55,260 nucleotides of DNA from Fidelibacterota bacterium. Its GTDB lineage: Bacteria > Fidelibacterota > Marinisomatia > Marinisomatales > JABMOV01. The notes under the pieces are model-generated. The model worked only from the letters and a program-made list of their open reading frames with translations, made no database searches and was not told the origin of the DNA. Positions 1 through 10,500 of the stretch are shown here, one piece after another; the stretch's first letter is position 1, and the number at the start of each line of letters is the position of its first letter. Position numbers and translations under genes: made by a program. The stretch lies in NCBI GenBank assembly GCA_046861395.1, contig JBHHUC010000009.1, forward strand, positions 1-55,260, in the 5' to 3' direction.

Positions 1-2
1 GT

Positions 3-1394
3 CGCCTTCAGAAAGATTTCCAGGAAGGACAAACCACCATGGGCGGAATGATTACCGCCACCAACCGTAACCTGGAAGCGGATCATTTAAAATGGCTCCA
101 CCGGGATGCCTACGCGATCGGTTTCGATGCGAACCACCGCTTCTATAATAACCAGTTCCTGATAATGGCGTCTTTTTCAGCAACCCAAGTCGCCGGACAC
201 CCCGACGCAATGAGGGAAACCCAGTCATCTAGTATCCACTATTTTCAGCGTCCCGACGCAACCCATCTTACGCTGGATACCACGAGGACAATGCTACGTG
301 GGTATGCCCATACTTTTTTACTGACCAAAATTCAGGGTGACTGGCGCGGTGGAGTGGGGGAATGGACTTTCTCACCCGGATTTGAAGCCAATGATCTGGG
401 GTATCACCGGGATGTGGACAGCAAAATACGCTTTTTGTGGATTAATTACAGGGAGAATGATCCCGGCCAGGTTGTTCGTCGATACAATATAAATCACAAC
501 ATCTGGTATGGCGAAACATTTGATCACGAGCGTCTGGCTCTGGGTGGCAACCTGAACGGAAACATGACCCTGATGAATTACTGGCGTTTGGGTGGTGGTT
601 TGAATATCGAGGGCCCGGCGTATCATCGTACGGCGCTGTGGGGGGGACCAAAAGTCATGAATGACCCCAGTGTTAACGGCTGGTTTTTTATCGGCAGTGA
701 CAACCGGGACGAAATCAATATTGCGGTGAATGGCTGGAAGGGGAGGAATCGAAACGGCAGTTACTGGCATGGACTATTTTCGGATATCGAATGGCAGGCA
801 ACGGACTACCTGTCCCTGGTATTGTCGGGTTCGGTAAACCAGTCCTTTGATACTTGGTCATCCTGGTACGATTATTCAGCTTCCATCGATCAGGAAACGG
901 GAGAGAAGACCTACATCTTGGCCGATATGATTCAAAATACTTTGCAAACCACTCTACGCGTCGATTATACCATTACCGCCAATCTGACACTGCAGTTTTA
1001 TGGACAACCGTTTGTGACGGCTGGACGATATGACGGATTTAAGGCATTGGTGGATCCTGAAGCGACGGAATTTTCCGACCGTTACTTATCCTTTAATGAG
1101 GCACAACTCCGATTCAATGAGACATCGAATGTCTGGGAAATTGATTCCGATCTGAATACAGTTCCGAATTATATTATCGATAATTACGATTTCAACTATA
1201 AAGCATTCAATTCCAATCTGGTCTTACGCTGGGAATTCAAACCTGGATCATTGTTCTACTTGGTATGGTCCCGAGGCATGACAGACTACATATCGGACGG
1301 ATCGTATTATGGTTTACGTGATCTACAGCGGATATTTCGCCGCCCGACCAATGATGTATTATTGGTTAAATATAATTATTTGTTCAACCTGTAA
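3..1394 (+). CDS. DUF5916-domain outer-membrane protein, 5' partial
   Basis: Frame is open from the window edge (RLQKDFQEGQTTMGG...). Shares motifs with 21874..24510 (HYFQRPDA, SPGFEANDLGY, LQFYGQPFVTAG, NLVLRWEFKPGSLFYLVW) and has an aromatic beta-barrel-type C-terminus. Confidence 0.7.
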   Translation, partial: RLQKDFQEGQTTMGGMITATNRNLEADHLKWLHRDAYAIGFDANHRFYNNQFLIMASFSATQVAGHPDAMRETQSSSIHYFQRPDATHLTLDTTRTMLRGYAHTFLLTKIQGDWRGGVGEWTFSPGFEANDLGYHRDVDSKIRFLWINYRENDPGQVVRRYNINHNIWYGETFDHERLALGGNLNGNMTLMNYWRLGGGLNIEGPAYHRTALWGGPKVMNDPSVNGWFFIGSDNRDEINIAVNGWKGRNRNGSYWHGLFSDIEWQATDYLSLVLSGSVNQSFDTWSSWYDYSASIDQETGEKTYILADMIQNTLQTTLRVDYTITANLTLQFYGQPFVTAGRYDGFKALVDPEATEFSDRYLSFNEAQLRFNETSNVWEIDSDLNTVPNYIIDNYDFNYKAFNSNLVLRWEFKPGSLFYLVWSRGMTDYISDGSYYGLRDLQRIFRRPTNDVLLVKYNYLFNL

Positions 1395-1400
1395 AGCCGG

Positions 1401-2249
1401 TCATTTTCCCTTTCGCAAGGCCCGGAGCCCCTTCCAGGCAACTTTGGGAATAATATCCAGGCCGTTAAACTGACCGGCGCCCTTTAACCATTCACCTCCG
1501 TCGATGGTTATGACTTCGCCATTGATATAGCCGGCTTCCTCACTCATGAGATAGACGACCAGATTGGCCAGCTCGTGGTGTTCGCCAAACCGTTTGAGGG
1601 GAATACGATTCTTCATGGCCCGCTCGATCCCCAGTCCCGGCGGTACCAGACGTTTCCACGCGCCCTCAGTGGGGAAGGGACCGGGGGCAATGGCATTGCT
1701 GCGAATACCGTACTTGGCCCATTCCACAGCCAGGGAACGCGTCAGGGCCAGGACACCGGCCTTGGCGGCCGCGGAAGGGACAACATAGCCGCTGCCCGTC
1801 CAGGCATAAGTCGTTATGATATTCAGAATGGAACCTCGATTTTGTTTTCGCATCACCGCGCCGATGCTTTGGGTCGTATTAAATGTTCCGTTCAGTACAA
1901 TATCAACGATCACTTTAAATCCGCCGGGCGTGAGATTTTCGGTTGGGGAAATAAAATTCCCGGCGGCATTATTGATGAGTCCGTCGATCTGACCGAATTC
2001 CTTAACGACGGCGTTGGTCATGGTTTCCACCATGGCCGGTTTGCGCACATCGCAGGCCACGGGGAATACGGGATGACCAGTGGCTGATGAAATTTCAGTT
2101 GCAGTTTTTTCCAGGGTATCCATTTTCCGGCTGGTAATGGCGATGGAGGCCCCCAATTCGGATAAGCGCCGAGCCATGGATTTGCCCAAACCAGTTCCCC
2201 CGCCGGTAATGACCATGGTCTGGCCTTGCATTAAGTCTTCTTTAAACAT
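1401..2249 (-). CDS. 2,4-dienoyl-CoA reductase-like SDR oxidoreductase
   Basis: TGGGTGLG NAD(P)-binding motif, NNAAGNF, SAAAKAG, IAPGP, IPLKRFG and ITIDGG, typical of the DECR-type SDR subfamily. Confidence 0.85.
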   Translation of the reverse strand: MFKEDLMQGQTMVITGGGTGLGKSMARRLSELGASIAITSRKMDTLEKTATEISSATGHPVFPVACDVRKPAMVETMTNAVVKEFGQIDGLINNAAGNFISPTENLTPGGFKVIVDIVLNGTFNTTQSIGAVMRKQNRGSILNIITTYAWTGSGYVVPSAAAKAGVLALTRSLAVEWAKYGIRSNAIAPGPFPTEGAWKRLVPPGLGIERAMKNRIPLKRFGEHHELANLVVYLMSEEAGYINGEVITIDGGEWLKGAGQFNGLDIIPKVAWKGLRALRKGK

Positions 2250-2277
2250 AGCAGCCTCAGGTTTTTCAGAAAATTAC

Positions 2278-2295
2278 AACCGGGAATTCCCGGTT
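2278..2295. promoter_or_regulatory. Perfect 18-bp palindrome, candidate operator between divergent genes
   Basis: AACCGGGAATTCCCGGTT in the gap of about 100 bp between the SDR and the MetH activation-domain gene. Confidence 0.4.
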
Positions 2296-2347
2296 CCCTG
2301 ATGAAATCATCTCAATTGTCAGGAATTCTGTGTATTTTACGTGGCTT

Positions 2348-3043
2348 ATGGAACCATTGATTCAGGAAGAAATACCGTCCTCCTATTTACCGGAGTCAGC
2401 CTGTCTGAAAAAGGAAATCCTGGGGCCGGATCCTATACCGGAGGCTGGGATGGAGGAAGCCTGGACCCGGGCTTATGATCAATTCCGGTCCCTGTCTTGT
2501 CCGCGGATAATTTACCGCGCCCTGTCGCAAGATGAGTTCACCTCCGCTTTTTTAACACCTATCGCCGATCCCGAAGCAACCCCGCTATTCGACATTCTGT
2601 CCCGGGTGCAGGAATTATTTCTGTTCTGTGGAACGGTGGGAAAGGAACCGGGGGAAAGTGCCGATCGTTGGTTTCAGGAGGGGGATTTTTTAAGTGGTTA
2701 TTTGCTGGATCGCCTCGCGGCATTTGGAGCCGAACAACTCAGTCGCTATTTGGAAAGAAAATTACAGCAAAAGTATATGACGGTATTTCTGGCCTATAGT
2801 CCGGGGTATTGTGGCTGGCCGGTCGAACATCAGGAACAGTTATTTGGCATGCTGCATCCGGAAAAAATCGGCGTTCATCTTTCCGAATCCTTTGTAATGC
2901 ATCCTATGAAATCCGTTTCCGGCGCTCTGGTGGGAGGAAGCTCCCGAACCCATATTTTCCCTTTGCATTATGTTTGCTGCCAGACATGCACTACCCGAAC
3001 CTGCCTTGACCGGATGCGGGAGATCAGGATGCGCAATGAATAA
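2348..3043 (+). CDS. Stand-alone B12-dependent methionine synthase activation (reactivation) domain protein
   Basis: FCGTVG, YSPGYCGWP, IGVHLSESFVMHPMKSVSG motifs and a C-terminal CxxCxxxxC. Start chosen at ATG 2348; GTG 2330 is an alternative. Confidence 0.8.
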   Translation: MEPLIQEEIPSSYLPESACLKKEILGPDPIPEAGMEEAWTRAYDQFRSLSCPRIIYRALSQDEFTSAFLTPIADPEATPLFDILSRVQELFLFCGTVGKEPGESADRWFQEGDFLSGYLLDRLAAFGAEQLSRYLERKLQQKYMTVFLAYSPGYCGWPVEHQEQLFGMLHPEKIGVHLSESFVMHPMKSVSGALVGGSSRTHIFPLHYVCCQTCTTRTCLDRMREIRMRNE

Positions 3044-3923
3044 ATTCCTCACGTCACTGGTAGAAAAACAGGTCATCGTGGCGGATGGGGCCTGGGGGAC
3101 CATGCTGCAGTCAGACGGCCTGGTAGCTGGGAGCTGTCCGGAAATGGTGGCCCTTGACCAACCGGAGATGCTGCTGGATATTGCCCGTCGTTATGTTGCC
3201 GCCGGCGCGGAAATGATTGAAACCAATACTTTCGGTGCCTCCCCGCTGAAACTCGCCAATTACGGTAGGGAGGCGGATACGGAAAAAATCAATCAGGCCG
3301 CAGCTTCTCTCCTGAAAAAGAATCTGCCGGAGACTGTTCTGGTGTCCGGTTCCTGTGGACCAACGGGAAAACTACTCCAACCTTATGGCACACTGGATCC
3401 CGACGATGCATTCCAGGGCTTTCTACGCCAGGTTACCGGATTGGCAGCTGGTGGTGTGGATTTGATTTGCGTCGAAACCATGATGGATTTAACAGAGGCG
3501 GTATTGGCGGTACAGGCCGGCCGGCAATGCGATATGACCGTGATCGCAACGATGACATTTACTTCCGGCCCCAACGGTTACCACACCATGATGGGACAAT
3601 CGGTCGAGGAATGTATATCTGTCCTGACGAAGGAAGGTGTGGCTGCCGTAGGAACCAACTGCGGTTTTGGCATAAAGGATATGGTGAAGCTGGTCGATGA
3701 AATTTCTGCCGTCAGTACGATCCCGGTGATGATTCAGGCTAATGCTGGAACACCGAAAATGCGTCAGGGAGAAATCCACTTTCCCGAATCTCCGGAGGAG
3801 TATGGGGCGTACATTCCTACATTACTGGAGAGAAAAGTGCGAATTATCGGTGGCTGTTGCGGAACAACACCGGAATATATTGCCCGGATCCGGCAGGAAG
3901 TGGATCGTTTTTTAATGGGATAA
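3036..3923 (+). CDS. Homocysteine S-methyltransferase domain protein (MetH N-terminal domain, stand-alone)
   Basis: DGAWGTML, IETNTFGA, GPTG, VETM, Zn ligands GTNCG and GGCCGT, QANAG. ATG 3036 overlaps the upstream stop. Confidence 0.9.
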   Translation: MNKFLTSLVEKQVIVADGAWGTMLQSDGLVAGSCPEMVALDQPEMLLDIARRYVAAGAEMIETNTFGASPLKLANYGREADTEKINQAAASLLKKNLPETVLVSGSCGPTGKLLQPYGTLDPDDAFQGFLRQVTGLAAGGVDLICVETMMDLTEAVLAVQAGRQCDMTVIATMTFTSGPNGYHTMMGQSVEECISVLTKEGVAAVGTNCGFGIKDMVKLVDEISAVSTIPVMIQANAGTPKMRQGEIHFPESPEEYGAYIPTLLERKVRIIGGCCGTTPEYIARIRQEVDRFLMG

Positions 3924-4541
3924 GCAGGACCGGACGAAATCCACGCCATCCTGCGCCGTATCAGCCCAGAAATCAGCTCCGATGTCATTGGCATAGTCCC
4001 GAGAAGTAGGCGCTCCGCCGATGAGGACCGGCAAACGAATGTCATGTTCCCGCAGCAGGGAGACGGTTTTTCCCATGTTGAGCATGGTCGTGGTCAGTAG
4101 AGCGGACAAACCCAGAAAATCGGGATTTTCCTTTTCCACCGCCGTGAGAAACTGGTCCGGCTTCACATCTGTTCCCAGATCGATGACCTGAAATCCAGCT
4201 CCTTTGAATAAAATCCCGGCCAGAGTCTTCCCAATATCATGCAAATCGCCAGCCACTGTTCCCAAAATAATTTTACCGCAGGCCTGAAATCCGGCGGCCG
4301 CAAGATGAGGCTCCAGCAGGGCGATACCCTGATTCATGGCACGGGCCGCCAGGAGAACATTGGGAATGAAATATTCGCCCCGTTTAAATTTTTCGCCGAC
4401 CACATCCATTCCGGGGATGAGTCCCTGGTTCAGAATATATTCGGGGGACAGTCCGACCTCCAGTGCCTCCCGGACCAGGCGGAGTACCATATCCTGGTCG
4501 CCTCGATCAATATTTTCGGCAATCGTTTCAAGTGTCGGCAT
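3912..4541 (-). CDS. Corrinoid (cobalamin-binding) protein, MtbC/MttC-like, with cap and B12 domains
   Basis: GLIPGMDVVGEKF cap domain, B12 motif GDLHDIGK, LSALLTTTM, IGGAP. Confidence 0.92.
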   Translation of the reverse strand: MPTLETIAENIDRGDQDMVLRLVREALEVGLSPEYILNQGLIPGMDVVGEKFKRGEYFIPNVLLAARAMNQGIALLEPHLAAAGFQACGKIILGTVAGDLHDIGKTLAGILFKGAGFQVIDLGTDVKPDQFLTAVEKENPDFLGLSALLTTTMLNMGKTVSLLREHDIRLPVLIGGAPTSRDYANDIGADFWADTAQDGVDFVRSCLSH

Positions 4542-4614
4542 AATCTAAATTACGACAGGCACGAATTCTGTCACCATGAGAGTTTTACCATGATTAATTT
4601 CCCCTTCCCAATCG

Positions 4615-5634
4615 ATGCACACATTCATGCGACCGGATAAAACACAATTGATTAAAACATTGTGGGGCGAAAAGGGCGAATATGTTCCCCTAATGGAGCT
4701 GGGAATCCATCCCTCTGTGAAGGACGCCATCTTGGGCCGGCCCGTACGGTCTTTGGAAGACGATGTTGCCTTTTGGGCCACGGCCGGTTACGACTTTATC
4801 AAATTACAGCCGGAAGCCGATTTTCATGTTCCCGGCTACATCAGCGATGAAAGTATTACGGCTTCCCTGACCTGGGCTCCGGAAACCCGGGGCATCATCC
4901 ACGATTGGGCCGATTTTGAAGCATTTCCCTTTCTCAAACCGAATGAAATCAACTATGGAAAATTTGATCGGGTGAGGTCATTGCTGCCGGAAGGAATGGG
5001 AATTATCGGACAATATGGCGATATTTTCACCATGAGCTGGGAATTGATGGGATTCGAAACCTTTTCCCTGGCCTTGTTTGAAAACCCGGATCTGGTGGCG
5101 GCGGTGGTAGATCGGATCGGAAGCACCGTATTGTCCATGTTTGAAACCATGGTCGATTATGAGGATGTTATCGCGCTCTGGTACAGTGATGATATTGCCT
5201 ACAGTACGGGATTGATGATATCTCCGGTGGATCTGGAAAAGTATTTTTTCCCCTGGTTGGAAAAAATCGGGACTCTGGCCAAAGCCCGGAACAAGCCTTT
5301 CATCTATCATTCCGACGGTGTGTTGTGGGACGTCCTTCCCGAGCTCCGGGAATGTGGCATCAATGCCCTTCATCCCATCGAACCACGGGCCATGGATATT
5401 ATAGAAGTTCGGGAAAAGGTGGGGAGAACATTATGTCTGGTAGGCAATATCGATGTGGGCGAAATCCTATCCCGCGGGACTCCCGAAGATGTGTGCCGGG
5501 CGGTTCGGAGAACCATCGAAAGCGTGGGGCAGGAAGGAGCCTATTGTTGCGGGTCCAGTAACAGTATCCCTGATTATGTGTGCTTGGAAAATTACCGCGC
5601 CATGATTGACGCCGTGCGATCCCATTCCCTATGA
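4615..5634 (+). CDS. Uroporphyrinogen decarboxylase/MtaA-CmuA family methyltransferase
   Basis: MGFETFSLAL, SDDIAY, LMISP, YHSDG, LHPIEP, LVGNID, GTPEDV, ENYRAM; adjacent to the corrinoid gene. Confidence 0.8.
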   Translation: MHTFMRPDKTQLIKTLWGEKGEYVPLMELGIHPSVKDAILGRPVRSLEDDVAFWATAGYDFIKLQPEADFHVPGYISDESITASLTWAPETRGIIHDWADFEAFPFLKPNEINYGKFDRVRSLLPEGMGIIGQYGDIFTMSWELMGFETFSLALFENPDLVAAVVDRIGSTVLSMFETMVDYEDVIALWYSDDIAYSTGLMISPVDLEKYFFPWLEKIGTLAKARNKPFIYHSDGVLWDVLPELRECGINALHPIEPRAMDIIEVREKVGRTLCLVGNIDVGEILSRGTPEDVCRAVRRTIESVGQEGAYCCGSSNSIPDYVCLENYRAMIDAVRSHSL

Positions 5635-5653
5635 ATAAGCACCGCTCGAAGGC

Positions 5654-5682
5654 TTGAACTGTCCTGAGCCAGCGGTTAAATT
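5654..5682 (+). promoter_or_regulatory. Putative sigma70-type promoter for the phoH operon
   Basis: TTGAAC-17 nt-TAAATT in the intergenic gap. Confidence 0.5.
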
Positions 5683-5723
5683 CATACCGAATGAGAGTGT
5701 ATCAATTAAGAAAACGTTGACGT

Positions 5724-7055
5724 GTGACCCCACCCAATAAACCAAAACTCTTTGTCCTGGACACTAATGTCATTCTGCATGATTCATCCTGTCTGAATCA
5801 GTTTGAAGAAAACAATATTGCCCTACCTATTGCCGTTCTGGAGGAACTTGACCACTTCAAACGGGGCAATGAAATGATCAATTTTCATGCCCGGGAATTT
5901 CTGCGTCAGCTGGACCGGGTCACCGGTGATATCATATCGGACGACGGCGTTTCCATCGGTGAGGGAAAAGGAAATGTCAGGGTGATTGTCCATGGCGAAC
6001 TGGAAGAAGCCATCCAGCGAATTTTCCAGAAAGACACACCGGATCATCGCATTCTTTCCTGTGCCCTTTATTTATCAGAAACACGATCGGAAGACGTGAT
6101 TCTTGTTTCCAAGGATACGAATTTGCGAATGAAAGCCAAGGCGGTGGGAATTCAAGCTCAGGATTACACCACCGACAAGGTGGAAAGCATTGAAAAAATC
6201 TATCGCGGCATCCGCTGGTTGGAGGATGTTGACAACGCCCTGATCGATGCCCTGTATACCGAACCTTATTCCGTTTCAGTAGCCAAATTCTCTCAGATTG
6301 AAAACCCCATCCCCAATGAGAATTATATTGTAAAAAACGGTCAGAAATCCGCGCTGTGCACCTATAGGCACCAGGAACAGGTGTTAGCGCGAGTGGATAA
6401 GACCCAGGCTTACGGCATCCTGCCGCGCAATGCCGAACAATCCTTTGCCTTGTCGGCGTTAACCAATCCCGATATTTCGCTGGTGACTCTTTCCGGGAAA
6501 GCGGGAACGGGAAAAACATTGCTGGCTCTGGCCGGGGCCCTGGAAACCCGTTCCAAGTATCGTCAGGTTTTTCTGGCCCGGCCCATCATTCCTCTAAGTA
6601 ATCGCGATCTGGGCTATTTACCGGGGGATATTCATTCCAAGATCGACCCTTACATGCAGCCTCTCTTCGACAACCTCAGTGTAATCAAACATCAATTTCA
6701 CGAGGATGATGACCGATTTCAGCGCATTAACGACATGGTGGAATCAGAAAAACTGATTATTACACCTTTGGCCTACATTCGCGGACGCAGCTTCCAGAAA
6801 GTCTATTTTATCGTCGATGAAGCACAGAACCTCACACCGCATGAAATCAAGACCATTATCACGCGGGCCGGTGAAGGTACAAAAATCGTATTTACCGGCG
6901 ATATCGAACAGATCGATCAGCCCTACCTGGACAGCCTGTCCAACGGTTTGAGTTATTTGATCAACCGGATGGTGGGACAACCGGTGTATGCCCATATAAC
7001 GCTACAAAAGGGTGAGCGGTCGGCTCTGGCCGAATTAGCCAGTGATTTACTGTAA
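5724..7055 (+). CDS. PIN-PhoH (PhoH2/YlaK-type) protein
   Basis: PIN motifs [24 protein letters not shown]; Walker [42 protein letters not shown] start. Confidence 0.92.
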   Translation: MTPPNKPKLFVLDTNVILHDSSCLNQFEENNIALPIAVLEELDHFKRGNEMINFHAREFLRQLDRVTGDIISDDGVSIGEGKGNVRVIVHGELEEAIQRIFQKDTPDHRILSCALYLSETRSEDVILVSKDTNLRMKAKAVGIQAQDYTTDKVESIEKIYRGIRWLEDVDNALIDALYTEPYSVSVAKFSQIENPIPNENYIVKNGQKSALCTYRHQEQVLARVDKTQAYGILPRNAEQSFALSALTNPDISLVTLSGKAGTGKTLLALAGALETRSKYRQVFLARPIIPLSNRDLGYLPGDIHSKIDPYMQPLFDNLSVIKHQFHEDDDRFQRINDMVESEKLIITPLAYIRGRSFQKVYFIVDEAQNLTPHEIKTIITRAGEGTKIVFTGDIEQIDQPYLDSLSNGLSYLINRMVGQPVYAHITLQKGERSALAELASDLL

Positions 7056-7508
7056 ATGGGACTTTATATGGTAGACGAAATAACAGATACAAATCAGACG
7101 CCGGAAGAAACACCTGTCCTGAACATTCCTATCCACGATAGTCATTTACTCCGGCTGGAACGCCTGGCCCGCTGGAGCTGGATTCTGGGAAGTATTACCA
7201 TTGTCATGGGTTTATTGAACCTACTGACGCTTTTTACTTTCGAAGGAAACATCCTCTGGCTGATTCCTGTCATGCTCTTCAGTCTGTTTTTTATTTATCT
7301 CGGGACGCGACTGACTGCGGCAACAGCCTTTCTACGCCAAAGTTTTCAGACCAGGGACAGCCGTGATTTTCTGACAGCAATGGATGAATTCTATAAATAT
7401 TTCTTCCTGGTGGCACTACTCTACATAGTGGCATTTGTTTTTGTCATTGTCGGAATGGTCATTGTTGCTGCCTTGGGAAATGCCGTAAACGAATTTGCCG
7501 TCCTGTAA
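7056..7508 (+). CDS. Membrane protein, DUF5362-like
   Basis: Three hydrophobic segments and an 'LARWSWILG...EFYKYF' pattern. Starts immediately after the phoH stop. Confidence 0.55.
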   Translation: MGLYMVDEITDTNQTPEETPVLNIPIHDSHLLRLERLARWSWILGSITIVMGLLNLLTLFTFEGNILWLIPVMLFSLFFIYLGTRLTAATAFLRQSFQTRDSRDFLTAMDEFYKYFFLVALLYIVAFVFVIVGMVIVAALGNAVNEFAVL

Positions 7509-7529
7509 TTGCCGTAAGGATTCGCTTCC

Positions 7530-10500
7530 TTGATTCGTCAACTGCTGCAAATCAAATCGGGGGAAGGAAAATCAGTACTACTGCTGTTTCTGCTATCCTT
7601 TTTTCTGGTGTCAGCCAGTATATCCGGGAAAACAGCCCGCGACACGTTCTTTCTGAATCAGTTTGATATTTCCTACCTGCCGTTGATGTTTGTCCTGGCC
7701 GCCATCGGGGTTGGCATTTTTGTCCCCCTTTATTCCCGCTTATTGCAGCGCCGCGGTCCGTATAAAACATTGTTGATTACCGGACTGGTTGCCATCGTTC
7801 CCCTTATTCCCATCCAGGTGGTGATGGAACGATGGATGATTCCCGTCCTCTATGTCTGGATTGAAGTTGTGGCGACTATCCTGGCCTTTCAGATCTGGAC
7901 TATTGCCGGAGACTTGTTTGACTCCCGCCAGGCCAAACGGTTATTCAGTATTTTCGCTGCCGGCGGTTCCATTTCCTTCATCGCCATCGGGCTATGGCTG
8001 CAACCGTTTATTTTACAGTTCGGCTCACGTTTTATTCTCCTCGTAACCATGGCCTTCATCGCTGGAGCCATCGGGTTGTCGCTATGGATTAACCGCCTAC
8101 CGCATCCGGCCGCCAGAAAAAAGAGAGCCAGTGAATCCCGTAAGAAGGATGAACCGTTATTCACGCCATATTTAAAACATATTGCCTTCATGACTATCAC
8201 CATGGGGATAGCTGCTACCATCGTGGATTATCAATTCAAATTTATGGCCGGGACCACGTACCAGGATGCCGACCAACTGGCCGTATTTTTCGGGAAATTC
8301 TATGCCGTAAGCGGATTGGCGTCCCTGATGATTCAGTTATTCATCACCGGTCGCTTATTGTCCACCGTTGGTGTCTTGGCCGGACTCATGATCCTGCCCG
8401 TGTCATTGCTGGGTGGCTTTGGCCTGTTCATTTTCAATCCCGTACTGCTGTCAGCCTTCATCGGAAAATTCGCTGAACAGACATTTACTTTTACGATTCA
8501 TCAACCGACGGTCCAGCTTTTGTGGTTACCCGTGAGAAAATGGCGGAAACAATTCGGTAAACCGCTGATAGATGGAACGTTGCGAACCACCGTGGATGGA
8601 CTGACCGGATTCATTACCTTTTTCCTTGTCAAACTGATTTCCCTGGCGGCCCTGAGTATTTTTGCGATACTGGCGGTAATAGGTTGGATGTACAGTGCAG
8701 TGCGCATCCGGCGGGGATATATCCACACCCTGAATGAAGCGCTTTCAGCCCGGCGTTTGAATTTCGAGGATCTCCAATTGGACTCCCTGAACCATGCCAT
8801 GGTGGAAACCATCGATAAAACACTGAAAAAGGGAACGGTCTTTGAACAATTATTTATTCTGGAGCTCATCCAGAGTTTCCCGCCCGATGCCTGGAAAGAA
8901 ACACTGGAAGAACTCCTGGTATCGGGTACCCGTCAAGTTCGTCGGGAAGTCCTGAAATACGCCGCCGACTTGTTCAATGACCAGGTTATCATGGATCTGG
9001 TAAGGGAACCCTTTGTGGATGCCATTCCGCTGGCGGGGCAACGAAAAATTCAGGAATCTATCCCAGATCTGAACAGTCTCCTCGATTATAGTGACGACCG
9101 GATTCGGGCCGCGGCGGCCGGGGCCATTCTGCAGATTGGCCAAGGACCGGAAGAGAAGGCTCAGGCCATCCTACGGGAATTTCTGGATAGTGACGATCCC
9201 AACCGAATTTGTCTGGGTATAGAATTCAGCTATGACCATGAAAGCCTGCCGGTAAAGAGCCGCATCCCTGAATATTTGTCGCATGATGATCTACGGGTTC
9301 GGAAGGCCGGCATTCAATTTGCCGAACGATACCCTGCCACTGAATTTCTGGCGTCGATCATTGAAAACCTGGGATTACCCGGCGCAGCCAAGACGGCCGG
9401 GAAAGCATTGCGCAGTTACCAGCGGGATGACATTCTGGATGTGATTCAATCCCTGGTGAATACACCGCCATTGACGGATAATCTGAAACGGGGCATTATT
9501 GCTGCCCTGAGAACTATTCCCGGTGAACGCAGTCAGCAAATACTGTTATCCTTTTTTGATGCTCTGATATTGCCAATCTATAACCTGGCTGTGGACGCTC
9601 TCCTGGATATCGGTCGTAAAGACCGAATCACTAGGAAGACGAACCGGGCCGTTAAATCGTCGATTCGCTTTCTGGCCCGGCGGGTGTATTCCCATTATCA
9701 GGTCCTCTACCTGATCAAAGATTATCCAGAGGCTACATTACTGAAAGATTATCTCCGGAATGAAATTCAAATGGCCATTCCGATCCTAGTTAAACTGGGA
9801 GCGATCGATGACCTGTCCGTGCCCGTCAATCAATGCATAAAATCACTGCAATCGGGGGACCCGGAACAATTTTCCTACGGACTTGAATTGCTGGAAACAA
9901 TTTTCTCTAGGGAAGAACGGGACCTCGTTACCCCCCTGATTGATCGATTATCCATGTACGAACGAGTTCAGGCCGGGCGGAAACTTTTTTCCAACTTACC
10001 CACCCGTCTCGATACGGTACTGGAAGATTTTCTTTATAGTAAAAATGATTGGCTGGTGGTCATTTCCTTGGCCTTTGCACTGACGCAGCACACTACCACA
10101 TTACAAAAGATCGATTGGACAGGCATCAGGCTGACGCCGCTCATGGCCGAAATCCTTTCCCGCCTGGAAAAAGAAAATGCACCATGGATTGGTACATTAA
10201 CGGAATCTCTGAGTAAATTTGATATTCCTGAGACCATGTATACCACACTTGAAAAAACCATCTTTCTGAAATCGGTATCCCTGTTTAAGAAGATACCGGC
10301 TGAAATTATTTCGCGCATCGCCATGATTGCCGAAGAAGTTTCCGTTCTCCAGGGCGATGTGATCTTCAAGGAAGGGGATGATGGTGATGCCATGTATGTG
10401 ATCGTAGAAGGAAAGATTTCCATTCAGAAGGGCCGCAAACAAATTGCATCACTGGGGAAATGGGATTGTATGGGAGAAATGGCGCTGCTGGAAGATGAGC

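Noticed and set aside
2250..2347. Cobalamin or SAM riboswitch before the methionine module
   Set aside because: The gap is under 100 nt and shows no B12-box or S-box core.
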